DNA from: Phaeosaccion multiseriatum | Taxonomy: Eukaryota; Protista; Ochrophyta, other classes | NCBI GenBank assembly: GCA_965112735.1 | Contig: OZ218956.1 | Location: forward strand, 558,001 to 622,000 | DNA: 64,000 nt | Direction: 5' to 3' | Part shown: positions 13,401 through 27,140 of the stretch, piece by piece | Layout of the letters: every line of letters begins with the position of its first letter | How positions within the stretch are numbered: position 1 is the stretch's first letter | Made by a program: the position numbers and the translations under genes | The notes under the pieces: model-generated | What the model was told of the DNA's origin: nothing | Databases searched by the model: none | The model's input: the letters and a program-made list of their open reading frames with translations, nothing else

Positions 13401-16006
13401 AGTGGGTGAGTGAGTGAGTGAGTGAGTGAGTGAGTGAGTGAGTGAGTGAGTGAGTGAGTGAGTGAGTGAGTGAGTGAGTGAGTGAGTGAGTGAGTGAGTG
13501 AGTGAGTGAGTGAGTGAGTGAGTGAGTGAGTGAGTGAGTGAGTGAGTGAGTGAGTGAGTGAGTGAGTGAGTGAGTGAGTGAGTGGGTGAGTGAGTGAGTG
13601 AGTGAGTGAGTGAGTGAGTGAGTGAGTGAGTGAGTGATCACAGGAAACGTTTCTGAATATCGGCCCCAACGCACCTCCGATTCGGGTGGAGATGGGGGTC
13701 ATGCCTCCGGGGGTGGGTAGCAGAGCGCTGTTGCCCTCCGTCTTCAGTGCAGGGTTCAGCGTGGACAGGTTGAGGTTGGGAGGCGCTTGGACATGCCTGA
13801 GCACCAGCACCGTCTTGATGAGCCCCGCAATGCCTGCCGCAGCCTCCGCGTGACCAAGGTTGGTCTTGATCGCTCCAACGACGAGACGGCGGGCTGTTGC
13901 CAGGTCGTGGTCTCCGTAGGTGCCGGCGATGGAAGCCCACTCCGTGCGGTCCCCGAGGGGTGTGCCCGTGCCGTGCGCCTCGATGAAGCTCACATCGGAC
14001 AGAGCGATGCCCGCCTCTGCTACGGAGTCCAAAACCGCGGCCTTCTGTGCCGCTTCGTTGGGGGCGGTGAGGGTCGTGCCGAGGCCCGTGTGATTGATGC
14101 AGGAGCCTCGAATCACCGCCAATATGCTGTCTTGGGCCTCCATGGCGTCTTCGAGGCGCTTTAGAACGACGGCGCCGCAGCCCTCTGCTCGCAGCCGCAG
14201 GGCACAAAGCAACATATGGAGGTGACTGGAGGGTGAGCTGTGGGGTAGTCGAGCCGTGTTCATCAGGTCTGTCAATAAAAAGAGGACAATCTTAGATCCA
14301 AAGAAACACTCCTTGCTCCCTCATTCCCTCTCCCTCTCCCACTCCCGCTCCTGCTCCCTCTTCCCCTCTCTCCCTCTCCCCGCCTCCGCCTCTCCCTCTG
14401 CCTCTCCCTCTCCCTCTCCCTTTCACCGCCCTCCTTGCTGAGCTGGAAAGGGCCGTGAGTCAGAATGCTGCGGTAAAGGCTCCTCTACATGTGTATCTCA
14501 TTCTCGTCCTTCTATTCTTCTTTGCAGTCTCGCAGGCGCCGCCCGTTCTCACCTGCCCGCACGTAGCCGTTGGCGGCAGCATCAAAGACCATGCACTTCT
14601 CCGACAGCAAGTGCAGCGAGGACATGGCGGAGAAGGGCTCAAGGCTGGTCATGATGGATACTCCTCCAGCCAGGGCCATGTCGCAGTCGCGGCTTTGGAG
14701 CCCTCGGCAGGCTTGGTGCACCGCCACGAGAGAGGAGGAAGAGGCCGTGTTGATGGTCTGCGAAGGTCCAGTCAGACCGAGGGCGAAGGAGACCCGATTA
14801 GCCACGAGAGCTTCAGAAGCGCCCGTCGCGACGTACGGTCCAGGAGCGTGGGACTGCATTTTTGACATCCAGTCTCCGTTGCCGCACCCGATGAACACTC
14901 CTGGACGTTCGAGAAGAGGACTATGTGGTGAGGTCAGCAACCACCAGTGCATCAGCCAGAGGAGTCTCTCCCTCTTGTGATTCGCTCGCTGTTTGCTTCA
15001 GTCCTCACCACTGAAAAGGATACATCGACCCACCTGTTTTGCTCTCAAGAAGAGTTTCCTTGCCAAGCCCTGCGTCGCGAAAGGTCTCGTAGGCCACCTC
15101 CAACATGACTGCGTGAGTTGAGGAGAACGGCAAGGCAGGTGAGACCTTGTTGGTGTTACTGAAGACGAAACAATTCGAGTGACACAAGGAGAGGATTGTG
15201 ACACTTTGCTTACCTCGCTGCTGAGGGTCCATTGCGGATGCCTCCGGGTCAGAGATGTTGAAGAAGGCGTTATCGAACAGCTCTACGTCGGGGAGGAAGC
15301 CCCCCCGCGTGGGGTACCCGCTTTCTCCGCGCTTGAGCTTGTCCAAGGCCGCCGCAGGCTCCCACCTGTGGGAGAGACGTGCGCGAGCGAGGGAGGAGTG
15401 ATTTTGGGAGGCGCCAGCCAGGGCAGTGAAGCAGGTAGAGGGCGGGGTGAAGGAGAGAAAGATAGTGTGAGAGCCATCAGCTCTCGACCGTGTGTACAGT
15501 GATTCTTCAGCCCTCATCCCGTCCACTACCATCCCCAACTCCCTCCCGCCCAACCACTCCAGCAAGATCTGCTGCGGTGGCAGGAGGGGGCGGGGGCAAA
15601 TTGCTAGCTAAACGCCGTGATGCACGCTGCCCATCATCTCCAAGGTTCCGTCGCTCAGACCCAGCCACCGCCCACTCACGCACCTATCTGTGGGCATGTC
15701 TGTGATGCCGCTGCCCTCCCTGCAGAGCAGGTCCCACAGCTCAGGAACGGAATTGGCACCTCCAGGGAAGCGGCAGGCCATTCCAACAATGGCAATGTCG
15801 CCACGACGATGGCCGCCTTTCTCGCTTCTCGTTGGTCCGCTGCCCATGTTTGGGTGCGTGGGGGAGAGAGGCGCCCTTCGAACCTCCTCCTCTTTGCCTG
15901 GCACTGGTGCTGCTGCTGCGGGTGTCTCCGCCGCCGGTCCGTCCCCCATACCTACTGCTGCACCCTCAGGCTGATCCTGCGCCGGCTCCTTGCCGGGCCC
16001 GGGCAT
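1..16006 (-). CDS. Modular cis-AT type I polyketide synthase, 3'-partial, 10 exons in window, one in-frame TAG at 4327-4329
   Basis: Exons with GT-AG borders that join in frame: 16006-15684, 15365-15214, 15108-15034, 14900-14553, 14184-13675, 12669-11550, 11388-10617, 10464-5204, 5086-821, 570-<1. Four KS (MACRxPGG, EAHGTGT, KTNxGH), two AT (GHSLG, HAFH), DH (HxxGGxxxxP), ER (IHAASGGVG), two KR (GGLGxLG, YAxAN), three ACP (GxDS). Start is the first in-frame ATG and is uncertain. Confidence 0.95.
1520..5830 (-). other. PKS module 2: KS-AT(malonyl)-KR-ACP, TAG near the start of the AT
   Basis: KS DTACSSS; AT GHSLG/HAFH; KR GGLGGLG, HAAGVTGA (no LDD), QSAYAGAN; ACP GLDSM. Confidence 0.9.
5900..12170 (-). 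other. PKS module 1: KS-AT(malonyl)-DH-ER-KR(B-type)-ACP
   Basis: KS DTLCSSS; AT GHSLG/HAFH; DH DHAVGGVVLMP and HPAVLD; ER LIHAASGGVG; KR HAAGVLDD and GQANYAAAN; ACP GLDSM. Confidence 0.9.
12250..15800 (-). other. PKS loading-type module: KS with active-site Ser plus ACP, no AT
   Basis: TINTASSSSLVA (Ser codon TCT at 14742-14740); EAHGTGT and KTNLGH intact; ACP motif LMEAGMDSL follows the KS after a short linker with no AT motifs. Confidence 0.85.
12790..13637. repeat. (GTGA)n / (TCAC)n array, about 210 units, in PKS intron 5
   Basis: Nearly pure array inside intron 12670-13674; splicing restores RIG-AVNSFGFGG. Confidence 0.98.
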
Positions 16007-17596
16007 TCTCTCTCCTCCTTGGCCAGATCCAACGCTGGAGGGGAAGTGAGCAAGCACGGGAGTAGCGATGGTGAGAGAGAGACCTTGCTTCTTCTCCCCC
16101 CTTGCTTGGAGGAAAGGGATCGAAAGGGAGTTATGAGGAGCGAGGCCGGGGGGGGGGGGGGCAGAAACAGAGGGTTATGGGCCGTGCAAGCGTGTAGGGC
16201 TTGAAGACACTCCTTTGGGAGTGCCGATGGCCTGAACAGCAGCGCAATTTTCCACGGAAGTATTGCGCGTATCTTGCGCGTTTGGGGCCAAGATAATATT
16301 TTTTTAAACCTCGGGTTGGAGGTTCAGCTCGTAGCTACCCACCTTTTTTCTTCCTTCTTATCCTCCTGTTCCTCTCCTCTGCCGAAGTGTAGTGTGCCAA
16401 CAAGGCAAACTCTTTATTTTTGAGGTCTTCTTGGATAATCCTTTTCGGTTTCATTTTTTTGAACCAGCTCTCAGCCCTGCGTGCTTACACTGTATGGTAT
16501 TCGATCGAAACGCACAATATTTAGAACCCGAGCAAGGGGTACTATAACAATGTAGAAAGCCGCCGACGACGATGACAGTGATTGGGACGACGAGACTTGG
16601 ACGCAAGCCGTTGCTCTGGCAGATGCAGCCGCTGCTTCGGTGCAACCAGCAACCGCCTCAAAAGCGGGCACTCAAGCGGCAGTCCTCTTCTCCTCGCCCT
16701 ATCTCTCTTTGCCTCTTTCTCTCTCTCTCTACCACCCTCTCCCTCTAGACTGAGCTTGCGACAATCGTCGCAGCACAGGAGGAGAGGCGGAAACAATTGC
16801 AGACAGCTAAGCAGAGATTGAAAAACGAGAAGGCGGCCGGCTGTAGAAGCTGCTTACAAAGTTCGAGGAGGACGAGGCCGGCCCCTGAAGGGAATAAGGG
16901 AGAAGCTGCGGTTGATTGGTGCAGCTATGAAAGGAATTGATGAGGATTTGCTGCCCCCAGTGGAGAAGGAAGAGAAGCGAAAGAAGGAGAGAAGCGCAGA
17001 CAGGGTAGACGTTGCAAGTAGTGACCACTTAAGAGGTACGGCCGTCTAAGCGGTACGTTCTCAATTATCTCCTCTTCCTTCTTGATGCCTGGCTGCTCTT
17101 GTCTACACCCCCCACCCCCCTCTTGGGCCTCCCTTTCTGAACATACCTTGACACACTTCTTCCCCCTGTTGTTCTCGCCCCCTTTTTACATGTGCTAACA
17201 GGGGTAAGACAGACGAAGATGAGGACGAGGAGGATGGAAGTACGGGCGAGGAGGGGGGCGGTGGTGGTGGGGGGGGGGTTGGGAAGAAGAATAGACCACC
17301 AGCGCAGACTGAGTTCATCAAAGTAGCACTCGAGGCGGCAAGGGATCCAAAGGAAGGGTTGCCTACCTGGCAAACTCCCTACTTCAGGGCCTCGGATGAT
17401 CGGCCTCGACGCCAAGCCGCCAGTCTGAAGTGGGAGTTACGCCCAGCTAACGTGACGTTTGTCTGGGGCCCCCCACCTCTTCCACAACCTTGGAGAGGAC
17501 CACCAGTAGCCTCTTTGCGCATGGCATGCATCGTCACAGTGTGTGCAAGCTTATGGGTGGACGTCGCCGCAGCGGGCTGTGTCTGTCACCAGCTTC

Positions 17597-17760
17597 GAGG
17601 AGGAGGAGGAGGAGGAGGAGGAGGAGGAGGAGGAGGAGGAGGAGGAGGAGGAGGAGGAGGAGGAGGAGGAGGAGGAGGAGGAGGAGGAGGAGGAGGAGGA
17701 GGAGGAGGAGGAGGAGGAGGAGGAGGAGGAGGAGGAGGAGGAGGAGGAGGAGGAGGAGGA
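17597..17760. repeat. (GGA)n microsatellite, about 54 units
   Basis: Direct observation. Confidence 0.98.
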
Positions 17761-18871
17761 TGAGGAGTAACAGCAGGAGTGGGAGTAGCAGGTGGTGCTG
17801 CTGCTGGAGGAGAAGGGGGGGGGGAGGAGGAGGAGGAAGAGTTGCAGGTGCTGCTGAGGCTGGAGAAGGGGGGGGGGGAGGCGGAGGACGAGGAGGGGGA
17901 GGAGTAGGAGCAGCAGCAGCAGCCGCAGCACTGTGGCCCGCACGGGGAGGATCAGGGGCAGGAGCATCTGTAGCGCCTGCAGAGGCTGCTGCTGCAGAGG
18001 GTGGTGTTGCTTTCGGAGGAGGTGAGAGTACCCACGAGAAACAGCTATGGAAGAGGAGGGAGGCCGCGAAAAGGAGAAAAGGAGAGGCAGGCGAGGAGGG
18101 AAAGGAGAAGGCGAGGCTCCAGAAAAAGGCAGCGCGGGAAAGGGAAATATTACAGCAGGCTAAGCACGGGCCTGGAGGATGATGTACTCGTTTCTGTGTA
18201 CATCGTATTGTATATACAACACTTAGGTCTTCCACAGTTGCCTCTACTTTGGTGAGGACAAGGAGAGTCGATAGAGAGGGGCGGCGCCGCAGGCGGGGAA
18301 AATTTCTAATTTCTTTTTGTTCTCCTTTTTTGGGCCGACGGTCGACGCCACAATGAGCCGACTTCCCACCCCCCTGGGTACTTCGGAGCGTTGGCCGCCC
18401 AATCTGTTGGGCAAAGCCAGTAAGCCAATTACACCACACAAAATGTGCGAGCGAGAGGCCAGACCAATTCAAGTACTTGAGTCCGCAAGGCACATGTGTG
18501 CAGTAACGAGAGCGTGGGCCCCGGAGTGCTGACATACGCGTTGGCGCCTGACTACGTCGTCGTCGCCAGCAGGGGGCACGACACGGTTCTCACGGTTCTT
18601 CAGCCGTCTCTAGCAGCCCCCACAAGCCACTCCTGCCCGCACCAACGTTTCTGTCCATCCTCGTCTCCAGTCTGCCTTCAACGCGTCCCTCGTACCTACC
18701 TACACACCTGCCCTGCCAGCCAGCCGACAAGCAGCAGTTGGTGATACAGCCGAAGTCGGCGATACAGCAGCAGTTGGAGATACAGCAGCCGCGGTTGGCG
18801 ATACAACAGCAGCGGGAGAGAGGCTGGAGGACCCCGGGGGTGGCTACCTCACACTCACGCACTCTCACGCA

Positions 18872-21926
<3,055 letters not shown>

Positions 21927-22258
21927 GATCGCAGAGACAAAGGAGAAAAAAGAGGGGGGAAGAGAGGATTATGTCAGCAAACGTATGCCTCCAACCAGGG
22001 CAGTTGAGATCGAGCGAGGGAAAAAAGAAAAATACCGGGGCCATGCCAAGGCCGACAAAGACAGTCACTTCGCCTGGGGGAACGAGGGAGCTGCACCTGG
22101 GTGGTGGGAGCGGGGGGGGAGGGCGGAAGGTGGCCAGAGACGAGAGCAGTGATGATGATCACAACAGTCACAAGCCTCAGCGACCGCCGCGGCGGCGACC
22201 ACAAGGAGGCGCGTACGATGACAGTATCTGGCGGGAGGAGCAGAGGGAAGAGGAGAAG

Positions 22259-24366
22259 ATGGAGAGCGACCTCCTTGAGCAGTTTGCAGCAGACGTGAGT
22301 GGACCATGAGTAATCTCGATGGATGAAGTGCTCCCATATCTTGGAGGGGAAGGGGGGGATTGACCGCACCTTTGGCCACTCCTTTTCTCGTCACATAATC
22401 CTAACTCTAAAGGTCTTAACAGATTCTCCCGTGTCCTCTTGTATAGGATCTCGATGCCGAGGCCCTGGCCGCCAAGTACCAAGTCCGGATGCAGTCAGAC
22501 TCCTCCTCTGATGATGAGGACGATGACGACAACCGCAACGACCAAGCCTCTCCGAGCCCGCAGCACTCCCCAAAGCCCACCGTTAGATGTAGCCACGGAA
22601 CAGCCGCAGAGGCGCTGACAGAGCTGCGGCAGCGACACGCCGCTCTGGCCGCGGAGACCCGCGAGAAGGACGCCGAGATCCGAGAGCTGGGCGCGTTTCT
22701 CGAGGCAGTGGAGCCCGTGCCAGGCCTGGACCCGGAGAGGCTGCTGGACATCCTGCAGAACGGGGAGGTGGTGGACCAGGACTATAGAGACGTCAAGATT
22801 GTGCACCTCGCCAAGAAGGTAAGTGCGTAAGTAAGGCGGACGCCACTCCAGGCGCTGCATTCCTGCGCCCCATCCGTACTTGTTCCTCGAGCAGGTAGCA
22901 GGATTCGTTGGTGGAGTGAGTGCACTGTGGGGGGTATAAGTCAATAGTCCCGGCATAACCTTCTCCCTGCCATCCCACTCAACCCCAATCCGAAAAAAAT
23001 CCAATCCTTCCCCCGAAATCATGCGTGTGCGTGCGTGTATTCTCGCTCCTGCAGATCCGAGGCCTGCGCGTGAAGGTGCAGCGGGAGACGCTCCGCGGCA
23101 ACAAGGCCGAGGCGGCGGGGCAGGCCCTAAGGAGCGAGCTCGAACCCCTGCAGCGGCGCGTCAAGGAGCTTGAGGAGGGACACGCTCGGGGAGTGGCAGA
23201 GAGTATGTCTGTCGCCGCGGCTGCCAGGGCGGGGCTTGTGGGGAGGGGGGTGGGGCAGGGACAGGGCGAGGGAGGAGCAGGAGGAGGAGGAGGAGGCGGA
23301 GGAGGTGGGGGCGGGGTGGGCAGCGGGAAGAGTAGGAGCGAGGTCGGAGGCGGGGCGGGAGGCAGCAAGCCCAGCGCAGAGAGGTTGCAGCAGCAGTGCA
23401 TCTTGCTGAGGAGGAAGCTCGTCGAGAGCGCTGAGGAGGTCAAAAAGGTTCACGTAAGTTTGCGCACGGAACGATAGGTGTGATGTGAGGAATCTGTCTC
23501 TTGTCTGAGCCCATACGCCTCCCATCACAGCTGCCTCCTCCTTCGTTCACACAGGGCACGTTGCTCTAGAGCTCTGTGCCAGCCCCTCCTACCCACCCGT
23601 CTCTCTCACGCCACGTCTGTCGGACCCTATCCAACCTGGGCTCACCCACTGCTCTCCCACATAAACTGGCCCTTCCCTCTTGTCACCCCGTCTGTCACAA
23701 TGAGCGCAGCGCTTGTTAGCCAAGGAGCTGGGGCCTCAGGAAGCAGCGAGAGCTCTGGCGTCCCTAGCAGGAGGAGGAGGAGGAGGGGCAGGAGGGGGGG
23801 GGGGGGAGAGGGGAGGGGGCGAGAGTAGCGGCCCTGCGGCAGCCGCGGCGTGGAAGGGCAGAGCACAGACGATTGTAATGTTAAAGGCCAAAGTCAAGGC
23901 TCTGGAGGGAAGGTTGCTGCAACAACAGGGCCACGATTGCAGCAGCAGGGATGGCAGTGACTACGGCGGGGGAGGTGAAGGCTCCTCGCACCACGGCAAT
24001 GGCAACGGTACCGGCTACGGCAACAGGGGAGGGAGGGAAGGGAAGGGGGGGAAGGCAGTCCACGGCCAGCACAGCGTCACAGATGTCGACGCCCTGGCGA
24101 AGCAGGACCTTGCATACATGCACAAGCAGCGTTTGGCTGCCGTGGAGAGCCTGACGGAGGAGCATGCGGCAGTGACTCATCGAGCCGCAGAGCTGAGCCG
24201 TCTCCTCGAGGCCAAGAGGGCGAGGGTGCAGGCCCTGCAGCACGACAACGCCACGCTGAGGGACAGGGTGCAGCTGCTGCTAGACAAGTCACAGGCGGAC
24301 GACCAACTTGTGGATGCGCTGCGCAGTCAGCTGTACTGCTCCGATCAGCGGGAGGGACGTCGGTAG
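22259..24366 (+). CDS. CCDC13: CCDC13-like coiled-coil protein, spliced
   Basis: DVKIVHLAKK, LLAKELG, WKGRAQTIVMLKAKVKALE, LLDKSQADDQLVDALR resemble CCDC13 blocks; exons 22259-22294, 22447-22818, 23055-23454, 23710-24366. Ends uncertain. Confidence 0.7.
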
Positions 24367-24927
24367 GTAAAAGAAAGGGAGGGTCTTTACTTAGTCTGGC
24401 AGTCAGCCCCGAAGAAGATGTGAAGAATAGGTATGATTTATGTATTTGGTACATCCGGGCCACAGAAGCGCTCTTTTGGACGTCGCCCGCGGGACCATGC
24501 ACCCACTGGCTCACAAGGACACTGCGCTAAGCAGCAACCATGCAACGGCAGCACGCCAAGAAGGGGAAAGAAGCCAGAAGAAGACGGGGCTTCCGTGCCA
24601 TGCATTTTGTCTGCCCAGCTTGTCCTTCCCCCGCCGCTCGTCCGCTCTGCTCGGGCTCTCCTACGACCCTAGCGCCTCGCCTGGCGCCTTTCTATTCGAG
24701 GCTTCGTCCCTCTCCTTCTCTTCATTGCTCCTCTGCTCCTCTTATTTACGTAGTACTTAGTAATAACTATCGCCCACCCGTCTCCTCCTCCTCCTCTTCC
24801 TCCTTCTTCACAGCAAATGCCTCTCGCTCCTTTCATCCTCCACGCCATTGCCGCGCCATCGCTCAGAGTAGTCACAGTTGGCGGTCTACCCTTGTACAAC
24901 CACCTCGTGTACCTCACACACCTAAGC

Positions 24928-26165
24928 TTACACCTTGGGCATAGGCTTGCCGATAGCATAGACGTCGAAGCCGATAGCGCGAAGCTTCTTATGGTCAAGG
25001 CACAACCGACCATCGAAGACAAAGGCCGGCTTCGACATGCTGCGGAGGGATGGCAGTGGATGGCAGTGGATGGCAGTGGGAGGGGGAGAGGAGCCAGGGG
25101 CGCGAAACAGGAGGGGTGGGGGGGGGGGTGGGAATCAGTAAAGAGGAGTAGAATCACACATGGGGGCGGAGACCCTCCCTCCTCAAATCAACACGAAAAC
25201 CACCAATACCACTGCGAAGGACATCATGTGCGGTCCATCCATCCCCTACTCGTCCTCGCCTCCTCCGCCGCTCACTCCTTCACTGCCCCTCAGTTGTTCC
25301 CGTTCTTCCGAGAGAGAAGGTCGTGTGGAACACAATACACACACAACGCCGTCCTGTAAAGTCCTTGCTCCCTTGTCCTTCCTTCTACCGCCTGTCCACC
25401 CCCCCCCACGTGCTTTTGTCCCCCTTCCCGCCTTCTTGACACCCGCTTGACACCCGCTTGACACACTCACACACGTACCTGTCGAATATTCTCTGGAAGT
25501 CGAGGTCCCTGAACTCATCCCACTCGGTCATGATGGCGATGGCGTGGGCCCCCTCCGCAGCGGCGTACGCACTCTCTGCCGTGACCACCATCTCCTCCAG
25601 CTGGGGGGGGGGGGGCGATCGGGCGGCAGGGGCAGTCAGCTTAGTGCGCACGCCCTCATCAATCAATCAATCAGTCAATCAATCAGTCTCAACACAATAG
25701 TGACTGCCAAGACACAGACGTTTCGAGGTGCTCCATTCCACCCTCAGCTTCTTCTCGCGACCCCCTGCATACCACACACCCAGGTGCTGTGACTCACATA
25801 CGAATGCCTACCTTCCGTTACCCTCCTCTCCCTCTCCCTCGCTCGCAACGGACTGCTCGCAACGGACTGACATACGTGTATGCCTGTAAACCCTTCTCTC
25901 CCCTCCACCCCAACCCCCTGCTCATCTCGACAGACGGAGGCGCTTGACTGGCTTCTGGCTTATGCACTGACGGACACAGTGCCCTTGACTGACAGGACTG
26001 ACTGACCTTCGGCATGGTGGTTGTGTTAACCTGGCATGTGTAGTCGAACTCTACGAACATTTGGTCCCGCTTCACCTGCGGGTCGTACACTTGAAGCTTG
26101 GCGCCCTCCTCGAGCAGGGCCTTGCATACGAACACGGCAGGAGTCTCGCGGGTGTCGCCTGCACG

Positions 26166-26199
<34 letters not shown>

Positions 26200-27093
26200 A
26201 GAGAAAGATAAGGCGGGCTCAGAGGCGGCGAGCGAGTTGAGTGGGAGGGAACTTGGCTGGTGTGCTGTCTGTTTCCGTCTGCAGCGGTTGCGATGTTTGA
26301 GGTCTTAGCCTTGTGATTCTGTGCTTGCTTGACCTCTCTCACCTGTGTCCTTCTTGAAGGCAAAGCCGAAGATGGCGATGCGCTTGCCCGTTACCGTGTT
26401 GAACATCACCTAACAAGCACAAGGCAAGGACGGGAGGGGATGAGGGGAAGGGGAGAGGAGGGCAGGGGAGATGAAGGGCAGGAGACCCGAGGACGGCACC
26501 TAACAGACTCCGAGGGAGACAGACAACAACAAGACGAGACGACACTCCCCGCCGCAGTCCTCCCTTCTTACTCCCGCGGCACTGCACCTGAAGCATGTTT
26601 TTGGTGAAGCGGGCCTTTTGGTAATCGTTCATGGCGATCACCTGTAGCAGTTGGTGATACGGAGGGGGTGGGGGTGAGATGCGGTGATACGGAGGGCAAA
26701 GGGGGCATGCATGTATACTCCCTCCCTCCCTCCCTCCCTCCCTCCCTCCCTCCCCGTCTCCCTCCCTCCCTCCCCGTATGCATCTAGCTGCTTACCTGGT
26801 ACCAGTAGTCGGCCACCTCCTGCAGACCGATGCTCTCACAGATGTACACAAGGTTCAGCACGTCCTTCTGGAAACAGCTGCGGAGGACGGACAAGCATCG
26901 CAAGAAAAGAGAGAAGGGAGGAGGGGCGGGTCAAGAAAAGGAGGCGTCAGGAGGAAAGGCTCGAGAAAAGACCAACGCAGAAACCCATGCCCTACCGACC
27001 CCCCGGGACGCCGCCCCCCCCCCTACCCTAACGTAGCCTCTGATCTCTCTCTGCCCTGCCCAACACACCCGCTCCCTAACCTGCCCCCGGCGC

Positions 27094-27140
<47 letters not shown>

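Noticed and set aside
12751-13674. (THSL)n protein or telomeric repeat
   Set aside because: Translation of an intronic (TCAC)n array that is internal to a gene and not a TTAGGG-type repeat.
1-16006. Bacterial contamination as the source of the PKS
   Set aside because: Nine spliceosomal introns, a host-type microsatellite and contiguity with eukaryotic genes.
69-16204. Many + strand ORFs over the PKS
   Set aside because: Antisense shadows of GC-rich coding sequence, with no independent motifs.
17359-18535. Poly-G/R/E/L/S ORFs
   Set aside because: Open because of (GGA)n; no recognisable domain.
26647-26692. Phage lambda operator-like TATCACCGC
   Set aside because: Half-site only with no phage context; better explained as a variant of the dispersed motif.
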